64,000 nt of DNA. Origin: Moniliella sp. 'wahieum'. Its lineage: Eukaryota. Of the stretch, positions 27,112-38,621 are shown piece by piece. Where the stretch lies: NCBI GenBank assembly GCA_003971905.1, contig RSEE01000087.1:186001-250000 (forward strand), given 5' to 3'. The notes beneath the pieces were generated by a model, which made no database searches, was not told where the DNA came from, and was given only the letters and a program-made list of their open reading frames with translations. The position numbers and the translations under genes were made by a program. Positions within the stretch are counted from its first letter, which is position 1. The number at the start of each line of letters is the position of its first letter.

Positions 27112-28404
27112 TTAGAACATGATCGCCGCATCCTCCCGGAACAGCGCGCTGATCGACTCGCCATTGTGCGTGCGCCGAATCGACTCGGCCAGGAGCGCCG
27201 AGATGTCCATCACCTCCAACTTGGACGACTGCGCCATCTTGTCGGCCTGCGACACGGTGTTGGTCACCACCAGCTTCTCCAGCGGCAACGCATTGACCAG
27301 GTCCATCGCCTTGCCGCTCAGCAGCCCATGCACGTTGATCGAGTACACCGCCTCGGCCCCGGCGTTCTTCAGTGTCTTGGCAGCCAGGGCGAGCGTGCGA
27401 CCCGTGTCCACCATGTCGTCCACCAAAATCGCCGTGCGGCCCTGCACGTCGCCCACCAAGATCTCCATCTTGTGCTCCTCCTCCTCCCCGTCCGACGCGG
27501 CCGACTCGGCGTCCGACGCAGCCGCACTCTCCATCCCAGGCACACGCGCTGGCGTCGCACTGCGCGAACCGCCACTCGAAACGAGCGTGCCGTCGTCGTC
27601 GGTAATCACCCAGTCGCCCGACGGCTTGACCTGCACCCCGTTGGCAATGGGCGTGAGCTGGGTGAGCGGGTGCGGGTCCGACGACGCAGCAAGCGGAGGC
27701 ACGTCCTGGTTGTCCAGAATCAAGCTGCCCGTCAACGGCGTCTGGGTCGGGTCGGTGTACTTGTTCTTGGCCTTGGCACGGGCACGGTTAGCTTCGCGCT
27801 TCCGATTGCGGTTGATCAGCGCAAAGTCCAATCCGAGTGCGTCGGCCACGGCGGTCGCGCGCTTGGCACCACCCGCATCGGGAGAGACGATGATGGCGTT
27901 GCGCCAGCCGCGCACGTGCGAACGAATCCACCGGCTCACCGACGGCTCGGCAACCAAGTTGTCGACGGGAATGTCAAAGAATCCCTGCACCTGCGCCGCA
28001 TGCAGGTCCATCGTAATCACATGGTCCGCACCAGCGGTGGTGATCATGTTGGCAATCAACTTGCCCGTAATGGGCTGCCGCGACTTGTCCTTCTTGTCGT
28101 GGCGGCTGTACGGGAAGGAGGGGATCACGGCCGTGATGCGCCGCGCCGACGCCGTCTTGCACGCCGAAAGAAGAATGAGAAGCTCCATCAACGAGTCGTT
28201 GGTATCCGTCGTGGGGCCAGACGAGGTCTGCATCACAAACACATCCTCGTCCCGCACGCTCGAGCCGATGCGCACATCGATGCTCTGGTCGGCAAAGCGC
28301 TTGAGCACACACGGCGTCACCTGGATGCCGAGACGCTCGGCAACCAGGTTGGCGAGCTCGGGGTGGGCGTTGCCCGTGAGGAGGCGGATGCCGTTGGAGA
28401 CCAT
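27112..28404 (-). CDS. PRS1: Ribose-phosphate pyrophosphokinase, Prs1 type with an internal non-homologous insertion
   Basis: Intact ORF: GNAHPELA, FPYSRHDKKDKSR.PI, MDLHAAQVQGFF, VSPDAGGAKRA, LVDDMVDTGRT, RRTHNGESIS. Insertion of about 110 aa at about 27470-27800, like yeast Prs1 NHR1. Confidence 0.93.
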   Translation of the reverse strand: MVSNGIRLLTGNAHPELANLVAERLGIQVTPCVLKRFADQSIDVRIGSSVRDEDVFVMQTSSGPTTDTNDSLMELLILLSACKTASARRITAVIPSFPYSRHDKKDKSRQPITGKLIANMITTAGADHVITMDLHAAQVQGFFDIPVDNLVAEPSVSRWIRSHVRGWRNAIIVSPDAGGAKRATAVADALGLDFALINRNRKREANRARAKAKNKYTDPTQTPLTGSLILDNQDVPPLAASSDPHPLTQLTPIANGVQVKPSGDWVITDDDGTLVSSGGSRSATPARVPGMESAAASDAESAASDGEEEEHKMEILVGDVQGRTAILVDDMVDTGRTLALAAKTLKNAGAEAVYSINVHGLLSGKAMDLVNALPLEKLVVTNTVSQADKMAQSSKLEVMDISALLAESIRRTHNGESISALFREDAAIMF

Positions 28405-29399
28405 GGCCGGGCAGGCAAGCAAGGTGGATGAGAAAGGGAAAGTGGCGGCGAAGGCGGAGGCGGCGGTGGCGGTGGAGGTGGAGGTGGAGAAAGGTGGAGA
28501 CCGCGGTGGAGGGGCCAGGCGCAGGCCAGTGGCAAAGACAGGCTGGGTCTGCTGGGGGCAGGGGGAGCCGCAAGAGGGGATCGGTGCAACTGTTTTGCGT
28601 TTGCAGGCGCATGTTTCAATATCAATATTTGTCAGCTGCTGCAGGGGGGCGCTGTGCTGGGCACACTGCCCCTCTGCCGCCTCCCGAAGGAGCATCATCA
28701 TCGCATATCACCCATCCCACACCCGCCATCCGCCGCTTCCGTCGGCAGGAGCAGCTGGGTTCCAAGTGGCCATCGTCCTTCGCATCGCCACTCCATCGTC
28801 CTTCGCATCGCCACTCCCGTCGTCCTTCCCATCGCCACTCCCATCGTACCTCCCTCCCTCCTTCCCTCCTCACCCACCTCGGGCGTCGACAGAAACGAAT
28901 GCAAATCCAATCAGAGCACAGCGGGGGCAGGAGGAATAGAATAGGCAGGAGCGTGCAAGCCTCCAACAGAAAACAGTTACGCGGGGGGGAGTAATACAGC
29001 CGTGATCGATGATCGATCCTCATGATCGTGGACGAGAAAACCATGTGGGCCAGCGCCTCGCCCTCCCCGAAAGAACCCACGGGGGAACCCACGGGGGCAC
29101 CCAGGGGAGCAGGGACAAGGTGGGAGCAGAGACGAGACGGCGCGAGAGGAAGCGAGATGAGTAACAAGACGAACGAGACGAGCGAGGTGACCGCCTTCCC
29201 CTCGGGGGCTGCGCAAAGACAAAGACCCAGGTATGGGGGAAGGCGTTTTGTTGGTGAACCAATGCATAGCGGAGGGTTAAAGGTGGGGGGGGGGGGGGGG
29301 GGAATCAGTGATGTAATGGGGTTACTGCAGCGACACAGTTGCATCGCAGGTTCATATCCGATGCATCGACGGCAGACATGCAAGTTAGCCCAGGACCAC

Positions 29400-32300
29400 G
29401 CGCACGAGCAAGAACAACATGAAGAAGAACACCAAGAAGAACAACGTACCATGCGAGCATCTTGGAGCGACGGGTCGTACGGGTCGGTCTCCCAGGGGGC
29501 ATCGCTACGGAGCGGGTCGGTGTACGTGAGGGGGTCGGGCTCGAAAAGGCCGAGGTGCGCGTGGGGCGGTACAAAGGGAGTATTGAGTTTGTCCCAGGCA
29601 GGATCCAAGGGCGGGTCGAACGCAGCGTCCACCGCGCCATCGTACTCTCCCGCGCGCGGTCCACTGGGCCACACGGTCCACGCGGTCCACGCGGTCCATG
29701 CGGTCTACGCGGTCCAGGCGCGGCGGGAGCCGGTAATCGAGCGAATGCGCCCGCTCGCTCCGCCCCGACGTGGTCCACACGGGCGAGCCCACAGGGTTCG
29801 GACCTGGGCTCGGCACATTCGGTTCCATCGTCGGCACCAGCTAGCGCTCGCGATCGCACCGGTCCGTCCAGGTTCCATTGCGCCGCGCGGACCACCACCG
29901 ACGACATTCCCGTTCCCCGGGCTTGCCCCACAGGAGGTTGCCCGAGAGAGTGTGGGTTGTGGGTGGGTCGGGTACGCGTGCCTGCACCGGCGCCAACGGA
30001 CCTCCAGCCGACACGTTGGATCCCGCCGAGCCAAAGGACCGGTGCGAGGCGTGGGAGCCGTGGCGTGCATGGGCTAGGGGGGGCAGCGCGCGTGCCCGGT
30101 CCGCGTCGGGCAAGGAACCATGCACGTACCGTGCCGGGTGCGGGGGCAGCGGGTGCGCCGGGCCCACGCCCATGCCCGCGCCGGCGCCTGCGCCCACGGC
30201 GACGTGCGGGTTGGAGCGGTAGATGGGCGAATCGGGGAGAGAGGCCGGCGTGCTGAAGCGCGAAGGCAGGCCCATCGTGCGTACCGAGGGCGAGACGAGC
30301 GGGGTGGAAACGGAGGCCGGCGTGGGCGGGTGCGAGCCCGAAGAGAAAAACGTAGTAAGCATTTGTTTGGCAATCGGTACCCAATCCGAGTGGGCACGCG
30401 TGGTGAGCAGTTGAAAGTGCACCCCTGCCTCGGTCTTGTCCGAAGGAGGCGAGGGGGGAGCATCCGACGGCGCTTGCCACACCGTGGTGCGGATACTGTA
30501 CTCGCGCCGCAGCACGTCCAGTAGCACACCAAACTCGGCACTGGCCAGCCGGTCTTGCAGGAGCATGGGGTTGGGCGGACGGATTTGCAAGCTGGCACGG
30601 TAAGGCACTTGGTCCAGAACCACGTGCGCAACAAGCGACAGCGACATGCTCGGACCATACAGCGTAATCGTCTCGTCCCCACTCTCGCGCGGAGGGAAGG
30701 TGATGCTGCAGGATGTGCGCGCTTCAACGTCGTGCAGGACCAAAGCACGTTCCGAGGCCAAGATGCGGTGCTGCTGCCCCGAGCCAAGGGCACTTGAAGC
30801 GTGAAGCGTCGTAAAGTCCCGGTCTTTGGGCGCCACCATCTCCAGCACGGTCGCCTTGAGCGGCAAAAGAGACGCACTGGCATTTTTGGCAGGCGTACGG
30901 ACCACGACGTTGTCCTCGGTGGGGAGACAGCCTCCCCAGGCAGCCTCTTCAGCCGAAGAAAACTTGACGTACACTCCGTACCGCTTCATGATACGCTGAA
31001 TGTTCTTGCCCCCGACGCCGATGATGCGTTTGTGGTACGCCTCCGGCACATAGAACGCAATTTCAGCCGGCAGCTCCTCTTGGAGGTAGGTGAGACCAAG
31101 CAGGACGTTGCTCCTGTCCATTCCCTCCAGAGGGCCGGGTTGGGGTCGGCCAAGTCCCACCCGCGGCCGTTAGCAGAGAGGCGAATAATAAAGTTGTACT
31201 CGTTCCCTCCTCATAGACGATCTGGACGTTGGACAAGCGCATAATTTTGTTCACCTTGCCGTTCTTTTTTCCCGACAAAAAGTCACGATGTTCCGCCGCA
31301 AGCTCAAGGCAGACCGATACATGGCACTCGAACGACTGGGTCCACGGATGACTCAGCACCGTCGCCAGTCCCGCTTTGACCTCGGTCGCGGTGCCCGAAA
31401 GCTCCATTCCCCACACGCCCGACGCGAGCTGCTGGGCGCCTACCTCGGCCCCAGAGGCGGCTGCCGTGGCCTGGATCACATTCCTACCGTCACTTGGCGG
31501 GCCATGGAAGGGAAGGCCTCCACGGGCCGTGCCGGGCTAGAAAACGCCTCAAAACCCGGGTTGATCACGCGAGGCAGCGGCGGGGCAAGTTGGATCGAGG
31601 CGAGGTAGAGTTCGGTGGCCAAGGCCATAACTGCACGGAGTGTGCGTTCGATCGAAGCGCGGTTGTCGCCCCAGACGAGAAGACGAGGCGAGTCACTTCC
31701 CAACGGGGGAGAAAGAAAAGTGGCATTGTCCCGTGCGATTTCGGCGAGCTTGAGTGAGTGGTGGAGCAACAGCCAGTCGCGCTTGCCAGGCGGGAGATCG
31801 GCAGGCTTGTGGAGGAGCACGCCGGTCTTGTGGGTTGCGATCTGCAGCAGCATTTCCTTGGCGCGCTGCACGCCCCGGGCGGGGGCCGGTGATAAGGTGT
31901 TGGCCAGGGAGGCGAGGGGCGCTTCGGGCTCGGCGCGCAACCAGCCAAAGGTTCCGGGGCAAAGGTAAATGGATGTAGCAGTTTCAGTCTGGATGGTTTG
32001 GATCACACACCGCTTGCGGCCCCCGACAATGTTGTGCAGAGTGCGCTCCAGCTCGCACGTGTCTGAATCGAGCCCGTTCTGAAGAAAAGGAGGGTGGTAA
32101 GCAGGGGGAGAGCAGATCAAGGCACGAGCTTGTCACGGGGGGCTACGTACCAGCTCGTCAATCAGCGCAAGCACGCGGATGCGCGCCAGGTCCACCATGT
32201 CTCGTGTGCCGCTGAAGCGCACCTCGGATTCGAACTCTGTCTCCACCTCGGCCACGGCGGCCGAGGCAGCGCGGGGGACACGGTGGACGACATGGAGACT

Positions 32301-32845
32301 GGCGCCGGTCGCGTGCGCAATGGCGTCGAGGCGGTGCTGGACGGGTGGGCGGACGCGCGGCGAGTCGGCAGGAGGGGAGGAGGAGACGTGGGGACGCGCA
32401 CGACGGCCGAGGCATGCTGGGCGGCGTCACGGAGAATGCTGGTGTGGGCGGCCTCAACAGAGGCAGGGGCGCCGGCCAGCTGCCAGACGGGTGCGGGCGC
32501 GGCCGTGCGTGGGTGGGGGGGTGGGGGGCGTGCTGGGGGGGCGGCGGCGGGGGGGGGAGGCGGGGGAAGGGCGAGCGGGGACGAGAGGGCGGCCGGGGGC
32601 GAGGGGCGCGGCGGCGGTGGTGGAGGGGCGGGCGGGGGCGTGGGCGTGGGTGCGGGTGTGGGGGTGGCGGTGGCGGCGATGTGGTGGGTGTGGGCGATGC
32701 GCGCGGCGTCGTCGGTGGTGGTGGTGGTGGTGGTAGTGGTGGTGGTGGTGGGGTGGGGGGTGGTGGCGGCGGCGGCGGCGGTGGACGCGGCGGCGGCGAC
32801 AAAGGCGAGGCGGTAGGCCCCGTCGGCGGGCACACGGTGGCTCAT
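29400..32845 (-). CDS. Multi-KH-domain RNA-binding protein (S. pombe Mug60 / yeast YLL032C-like); intron 32079-32150
   Basis: NIVGGRKRCVIQTIQTETATSIY, HRDFLSGKKNGKVNKIM, LQEELPAEIAFYVPEAYHKRIIGVGGKNIQRIMKRYGVYVKFS, DNVVVRTPAKNA. 3' end approximate. Confidence 0.85.
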
Positions 32846-33041
32846 CGGGCGCAGGCGGTGGTGGTGGGCGGCGAGCGAACCTCCGCTTAGATCTTATTCT
32901 CGCCGCCCGAGCGCCGGGAAGGCACGCTTACCTAACAACCCTGCTGCTCCGCTGCCCGCCGCGCTGCTCCACCGCGCCCACCACCGCCACCGCCGCCGCG
33001 CCCCCGCCGTCGCCACCGCCGTGTCCTCCGTCGCGCCGGCG

Positions 33042-36000
33042 ATGTCCACGCCCGCCGAGCCAGTCGGCGTCGCCCTCTCTGCGCCTGGCCCCGCGCCCCC
33101 CGCGCGCCACCTCTCCGCGGACCTCACCGGCTCTGCCCCCCCGCGCCCGCCCCGCCTCCGCCCGGCGTGCTGCTCGGCCACACGCGCAACTTTAGCCGGC
33201 CCTACTCGCCGCCCCCGCGCCGCCGTCCGTGTCGCCGCCGTCTGTGTCGCCGCCATCCGTGTCGCCGCCACCACGCGCGCGCCTCCCTCGGCGGCACGTT
33301 GGGCCTCGCCTCCCCCGCCGACCCGTCGCTGCTGCTGCACACCAGCTCCAGCAGGACCTCGAGCGTCGCCGCTCCGCCGGCGACCCCCTCCGCCACCCCC
33401 TCCTGCCCGGCCAGCGCTCCTCCGTCTCCTCCTCCCTCCGCACCGTCTCCCCCATGGGCCCGCCACCCAGCACCCCGCTGCCTCTCCCGCCGTCTCGCTG
33501 CCGACGACCCTCTCCTCCATCGCGCGCCTCCGCCCCCACCCGCACCCGCATGGCCTCCCCGAGCGCGGCCCTCCCCCCCCCGGCGCTCCGCCGCCGGTGC
33601 CGACCACAGCCTCTTCCCGGTCCAGCACCCCCACCTCCCGGCCCTCTCCGTCTCCTCATCCCTCATCCCGTCCCTGCATCCGCATCCTCGACTCCCACCC
33701 CCCATGCTACCCCCCTCGCCCACCCCCCTACTGCCTCCACTGCCACCCAAACCCCCTCTGCGCCCCCGCGCCGTGTTCCCGGCGAGAACATGGACCCCGC
33801 CCGCATTCAATCTTTGTTGTACGCACTCGAGTCCGAACTGGTCGACTGGCGCGCCCTGGGATCGGCAGCCGCAGCCGCCGAAGAGGAGCCCGCACGGCCA
33901 CGCACGCTCCGCGCCTCAGCCCTCAGCACTGAACTCGATGTCCTGCCCGAAAGCGAGTCGGAGCAGGAGCATGGCCGCTCCCTTTCCTCCCCGCTCCCTC
34001 TGACTCTTCCGAACCTACTACCCCGCTTGCATCGGCCTTTCCGGCGCCCGATACCACCCCCCATGCACCGGACGCCAGAGCTGCAAGAGGCACCACCCGA
34101 CATAACCCCACGCAAGCAAACGTCCCTCCGCGGATGCGCCCCCTCCACTTTGCCCCCCCCCAAGTTGACCTCTTTTACCGAACAACGATCCAAAGCCCCC
34201 CTTGCACCAGTCGGTAGGCCCCCAAAAGCTGCGTCTCCACCTCCCTGCCTTGCGTGCCACTGCGGGCGCATCGACAGAGGATATCCATCCCACGCGTTCC
34301 GCCTCCACCTCTGCTCGCTCCCTCTCGCCGGCGTGACCAAAGCCGCCCTATCGCGCCTGCGGAGGAAACATAAGCGCGCCCCTTCTTCCGCCCCCAAGGA
34401 GGACTCGGGCCTGTTGACCGGCACAAGCGAAGCCCTGGTCATTGCCCCCGACCCAGAGGGCCAGGATCAAAAACCGTCAAGCCCACGTAGCCCTTCGCCC
34501 ACCTTCGGTACCGACGCGTTCAACTACTATGACTTTAGCCCCGACCTGCCCCCCTTTGCCAAGGGCTTGCGTCCCGCGACCTGACGGGTGCAGGCACCTG
34601 GGCCGGGCTCGTAGCTCGAGCCGGGCTCAATGCGATGCGTGCCGAGGATGGAGGGTCGGTGCTTGGGAGTGCACGGCACTCGACAGCGTCCCTTGGCTCC
34701 TTTGACCGGCCCGGTACCGCTCTGTCGAGTTTCTCGGCGGTGACCGAGACCCACGATTTGTCAATGCGTGCCGTGGCGGAGGCAACGAGGCGGCAACAGA
34801 ACGCGCTGCTGAGGATAAGAAGCTGCAGCAAACGCTGCTTGCTAATCTTCATCTTACCCCGGCCGACTTGGAGAAACATGTAGCGCAGCACCTTGGTCTC
34901 GCCTCCGATCCGCGGGCTTCCATGCCATCTCTCTCTGGGGCGACGGACATGTCGCGCGCCGCTTCACGCATCTCGAACGTTACTCGTACGACAGCCACCA
35001 ATCGCACTTCGGCCTCGCTAACGTCTGCCTTGGGGACATCGGCAGACCGGGATCTATATGCTGCACCAGAAATGGTAGATGGGGAGGGGGGTACAGTCGG
35101 TCTCATCCAATCCGAAGGATACGTGCCGTTCATCCCTCCTTTCCTCCAACATCCACCGGAAAAGCGCTATGTGGAAGTGTCTCTGCAGACCTCACACACT
35201 TCGCCTCCGCCCTCGGTCCAGTCCGAGGCCCACTCCGAGCCGCAATCCTGGGCCACGCTCACAGACAAGGACAAGGACTTGATGTATCGCACGGCGATCG
35301 CCTACGCTCGTCGGCGTGGCGGGCTGGAGCCATCGGATGACCGATCGTCCCAAGTATCGTCGCTTACCGAGCTGGAACTAAGCGATTCCGACTCGGACTT
35401 GGATGTGGGTGCGGACCTGGACGAGCTGGCGGAGAGAAGTGGGTGTTTGCGGTGCCCGCTGCGCGCGGGGAGAAACGCAAGTGGTCGCCCGGGCAGGAAA
35501 AGAACGTGTACCCATCCACGCCGCTAACCAACCGCGTCGTCCGTCCCCTAGGGCGACCGGCCTTTGGCTCCCTCTCTCCTCTGCCTCTCCGCCGTTGGCG
35601 GGAGGGGACTTACCTTCGCCTGCACTGCCGTCCAGTGCGGTGGCACCCCGGCTGCACGCAAACACCCCTCCCTCGTGCTCGCTCCCGACCTTTCCTTCCC
35701 TCCCCCCGGCCAACGAGACGGAGACTACGGACTGGGGAGCAGAGGACTTGGACGACGACCAACTCCTCACGGAGGACCCTTGGTTTGAGCGCCAGATGGA
35801 GGCTGCCTCCGCGTCTCTTGCCCGGCTTGAGGCTTGGGAAGAGTCGTCCAACCCGAGCGAGGAGGAGCCATCCTGGGAGGAGGAGGACCAACGCAGCCAA
35901 GACCAAGACCAAAACCAAGAGCAAGATCAAGACCAAGACCAAAGCCAGGACCAGAGCCAGGACCAGAGCCACAGTCACGACCACCATCTCGAACATGACC

Positions 36001-37140
36001 AGAGCCAGGGCCAGGACGAGTGTCTTCCCCGATGGACGATCGATCAGGGGACTCGGAGGTTCCTCGGTGCGGTAGTCCTGAATCCATCTCGGATTCGACG
36101 GGGCGGGTCCTGGCCTTGACTCGTGGTCCACCAATCCCTCTACCTGAGGCGGAGGAAACGACACCGCGACAAACACCAACCCAGTTGCCTACTTCGTCGC
36201 CGGTAGGCCCTTCTCCGATCGAAGACGATACCCTGTCGTTTACCCGCTCGCGCAAACCCAACTCTTCTTCCTCTTGGTCCACAGGACGAGGAGGAGGAGA
36301 TGGGGCCCTTACCTGGTCCCGACATGCACCCCCCCCCACCACGCACGTCCTCGATTCCTCCTCTTAGGAAGCTCCCAGCCCCAACTCGCATCCCGCTGCA
36401 GGGGATCAAGACACTGGGAGCAAATGCCCCTTCTCCCCGTTCCGCTTCGCGCATCGTGCCCCCTTCTCTCCACAGCCCAAAGGCGCCGACGGTGAAAGTC
36501 GGCTTGCCGCCGCCACAAGGGAGAAGATAGGGCAGCATCCCCGATCCTGCACGGTGACGGGGGCAAGCCACCTGTTTCTTTGCTCCCTACCCCGGCGGGG
36601 CGCAGCTCCTTGCCCCGAAGGTCGGTGTCGGCCGCAGTGCACTTCCGCGACCAAGCGACAGTTCGTTGCCCCGCCCGGAAGCCAGCTCCTTGCGTAGCGA
36701 GACGGCGCCGAGTGCACTCCCACGTCCTAGTCACAGCACCTTGCCTCGTCCTTCTGATTCCAGTATGCGTACCGAGGCCGGCAGCTCTCTCCCGCGCGCC
36801 TCGGCCGCGCGTGGCCGGTTACCAATCCCGTCCCGTGCGCTTGCCGCCCGCTCTACCTCGTCCGATGCCTCGGCAAGACGCCCAGCCGGCTACGGGCGTC
36901 CGGTCTGCCCGTCCCAACACGGGCACGGTGAACCGATCTTGCCTCTCTTCCGTTCTGCTCTCTCCTCGTCTCTCCCTTGTCCTTGTCCTTGGCCTCACCT
37001 TCCTTTTGGCCCTCGCACTGCGCCCGCTTTTTTCCCTTTCCCTTTCTCCGTTTCGGTCTCTTTCTCTGTCTCGGTCTCGGTCTCGGTCTCGGTCTCTTCT
37101 TCCCCTCGCTGTGTTTTCATTCTTTCGCCCTTATGGTAGA
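33042..37140 (+). CDS. Large low-complexity hypothetical protein (P/S-rich, acidic QD tract)
   Basis: Chain of coding-like segments (MDPARIQSLLYALESELVDW..., FNYYDFSPDLPPF, GYVPFIPPFLQHPP, (QD)n). Start 33042 or 33790; boundaries uncertain. Confidence 0.4.
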
Positions 37141-38621
37141 CCGTTGAGCCCAGCCGGGGCTCCGTCCCAACCTGGGCTCTACCCTAACTGTATACCCCCC
37201 CCCCGCGCCCCACCGCTCCGCTTCCCATGTCTCGTCTCATCTCATCTTTCTCCTCGTTCCCTTTCCCATCTTTTGACTTGTCTGTGCCCTTCACTTGTTC
37301 TCCCCAGCCTTGCGGCCCATTCCCCTGGCCCCAATGCCGTATCTGGCGCTCTCACTCTCACATGTTGCGTGGACCCGACGAGGTTGGGACCAGGCGCCGT
37401 AGAATTCCCGGTTGCGCTGCAGGCGCGTGCGACCACGGCAGTACGTGCAAGTAGGCTATGCTCACGTATAAACAAAACAGGTCAAGTCAAACATGATCCC
37501 TCTGTCGTTCTCTTCCTCCCGCTCTCTCTCGGTTTCTCTTTCTCTGTTTCTCTCGCTCCGTTTCTCTCTCTCTCTTCCTCGGATCCCGGGCTCAACACGT
37601 TCAATTGATTGGGTCACCTGGAGCACCACTGCCCACCGTTATTACGCGACTTTGCAGACAAACAGCCACTCTTCCCTCTGAAACCGGATTTTACCACCGT
37701 GTCCCTTGACAGTATCATATGGCGTGTATGGGAGCCTGGGGGCAAAGTATACCGCGTGTATATACTACGAGGTGAACGGATTGTCCTGCAGCCAGTGTTC
37801 TACTGTAGGGCAGCTAGAGTAGTTATTGGACGACCGTTGTGGTTCAGGATGGGTGCGCGACGATGGCGCGCACCACCAACACAGGCGACCGACATTAGTT
37901 CCCCCTCCTGTGCCGATGCATTGCTTCCTCGCTGGGTCGAGTAGGGTGTGTCCGAGAGGGACGGCAGGGCTTGTCTGCTGCGGCTCAAGATATATACTTT
38001 TTGGTCGGGGTGAAAATGGCGTACTGTACACGTGGCCGGCATGGGCGGATGGGGGCGTCGGGCATGTGCTGTTGGGCGACGGTGGGAGCGAGGGGCCAAG
38101 AGACAACGAGGAGGAGGGCTAAGGGGTGGGGGAATGTGCGTTGGATTGGGTTGGGTTGGATGTGGTGGGCGCGTGGTGTTGAGAATGGGGATGGTGGACG
38201 ATGGGTGATGGCTGGTCGATGAGGAGGGCGCGGCGGCAGGCCCATCACGCATCGTCATCACCGCTTGCGATGCGTGAGCGCCCAGGCGCTGTGGCGCGGC
38301 GCCAGTGGAGCGCCCGCGCAGACGCTAGGGTTGTGGCGTGGCGCGACTGTGCGGTGTGCGCGCGCGCGGGCGAGACGGGCAGGCGCGGGGGCAGTGGGTG
38401 GGGCAGGCGATGATGGGCACAGGGGCAGTGGCGGGCGCAACCCTAGCGGCGGCGCGGGGGGCGGCGGGCGGCAGCACCCCCACCAACCCACCGCAAACGC
38501 CGCTGCTCGCCGGCAGCAGCGCCAGGGGCCACCGTCTGCGCCTCCACCGCCCCACCGCCCCCACCATTCCCGCGGCTCCCCCGGCCTTCTCCCCGCCGCC
38601 CGCCGCGCCCCTCTGTCCGCC

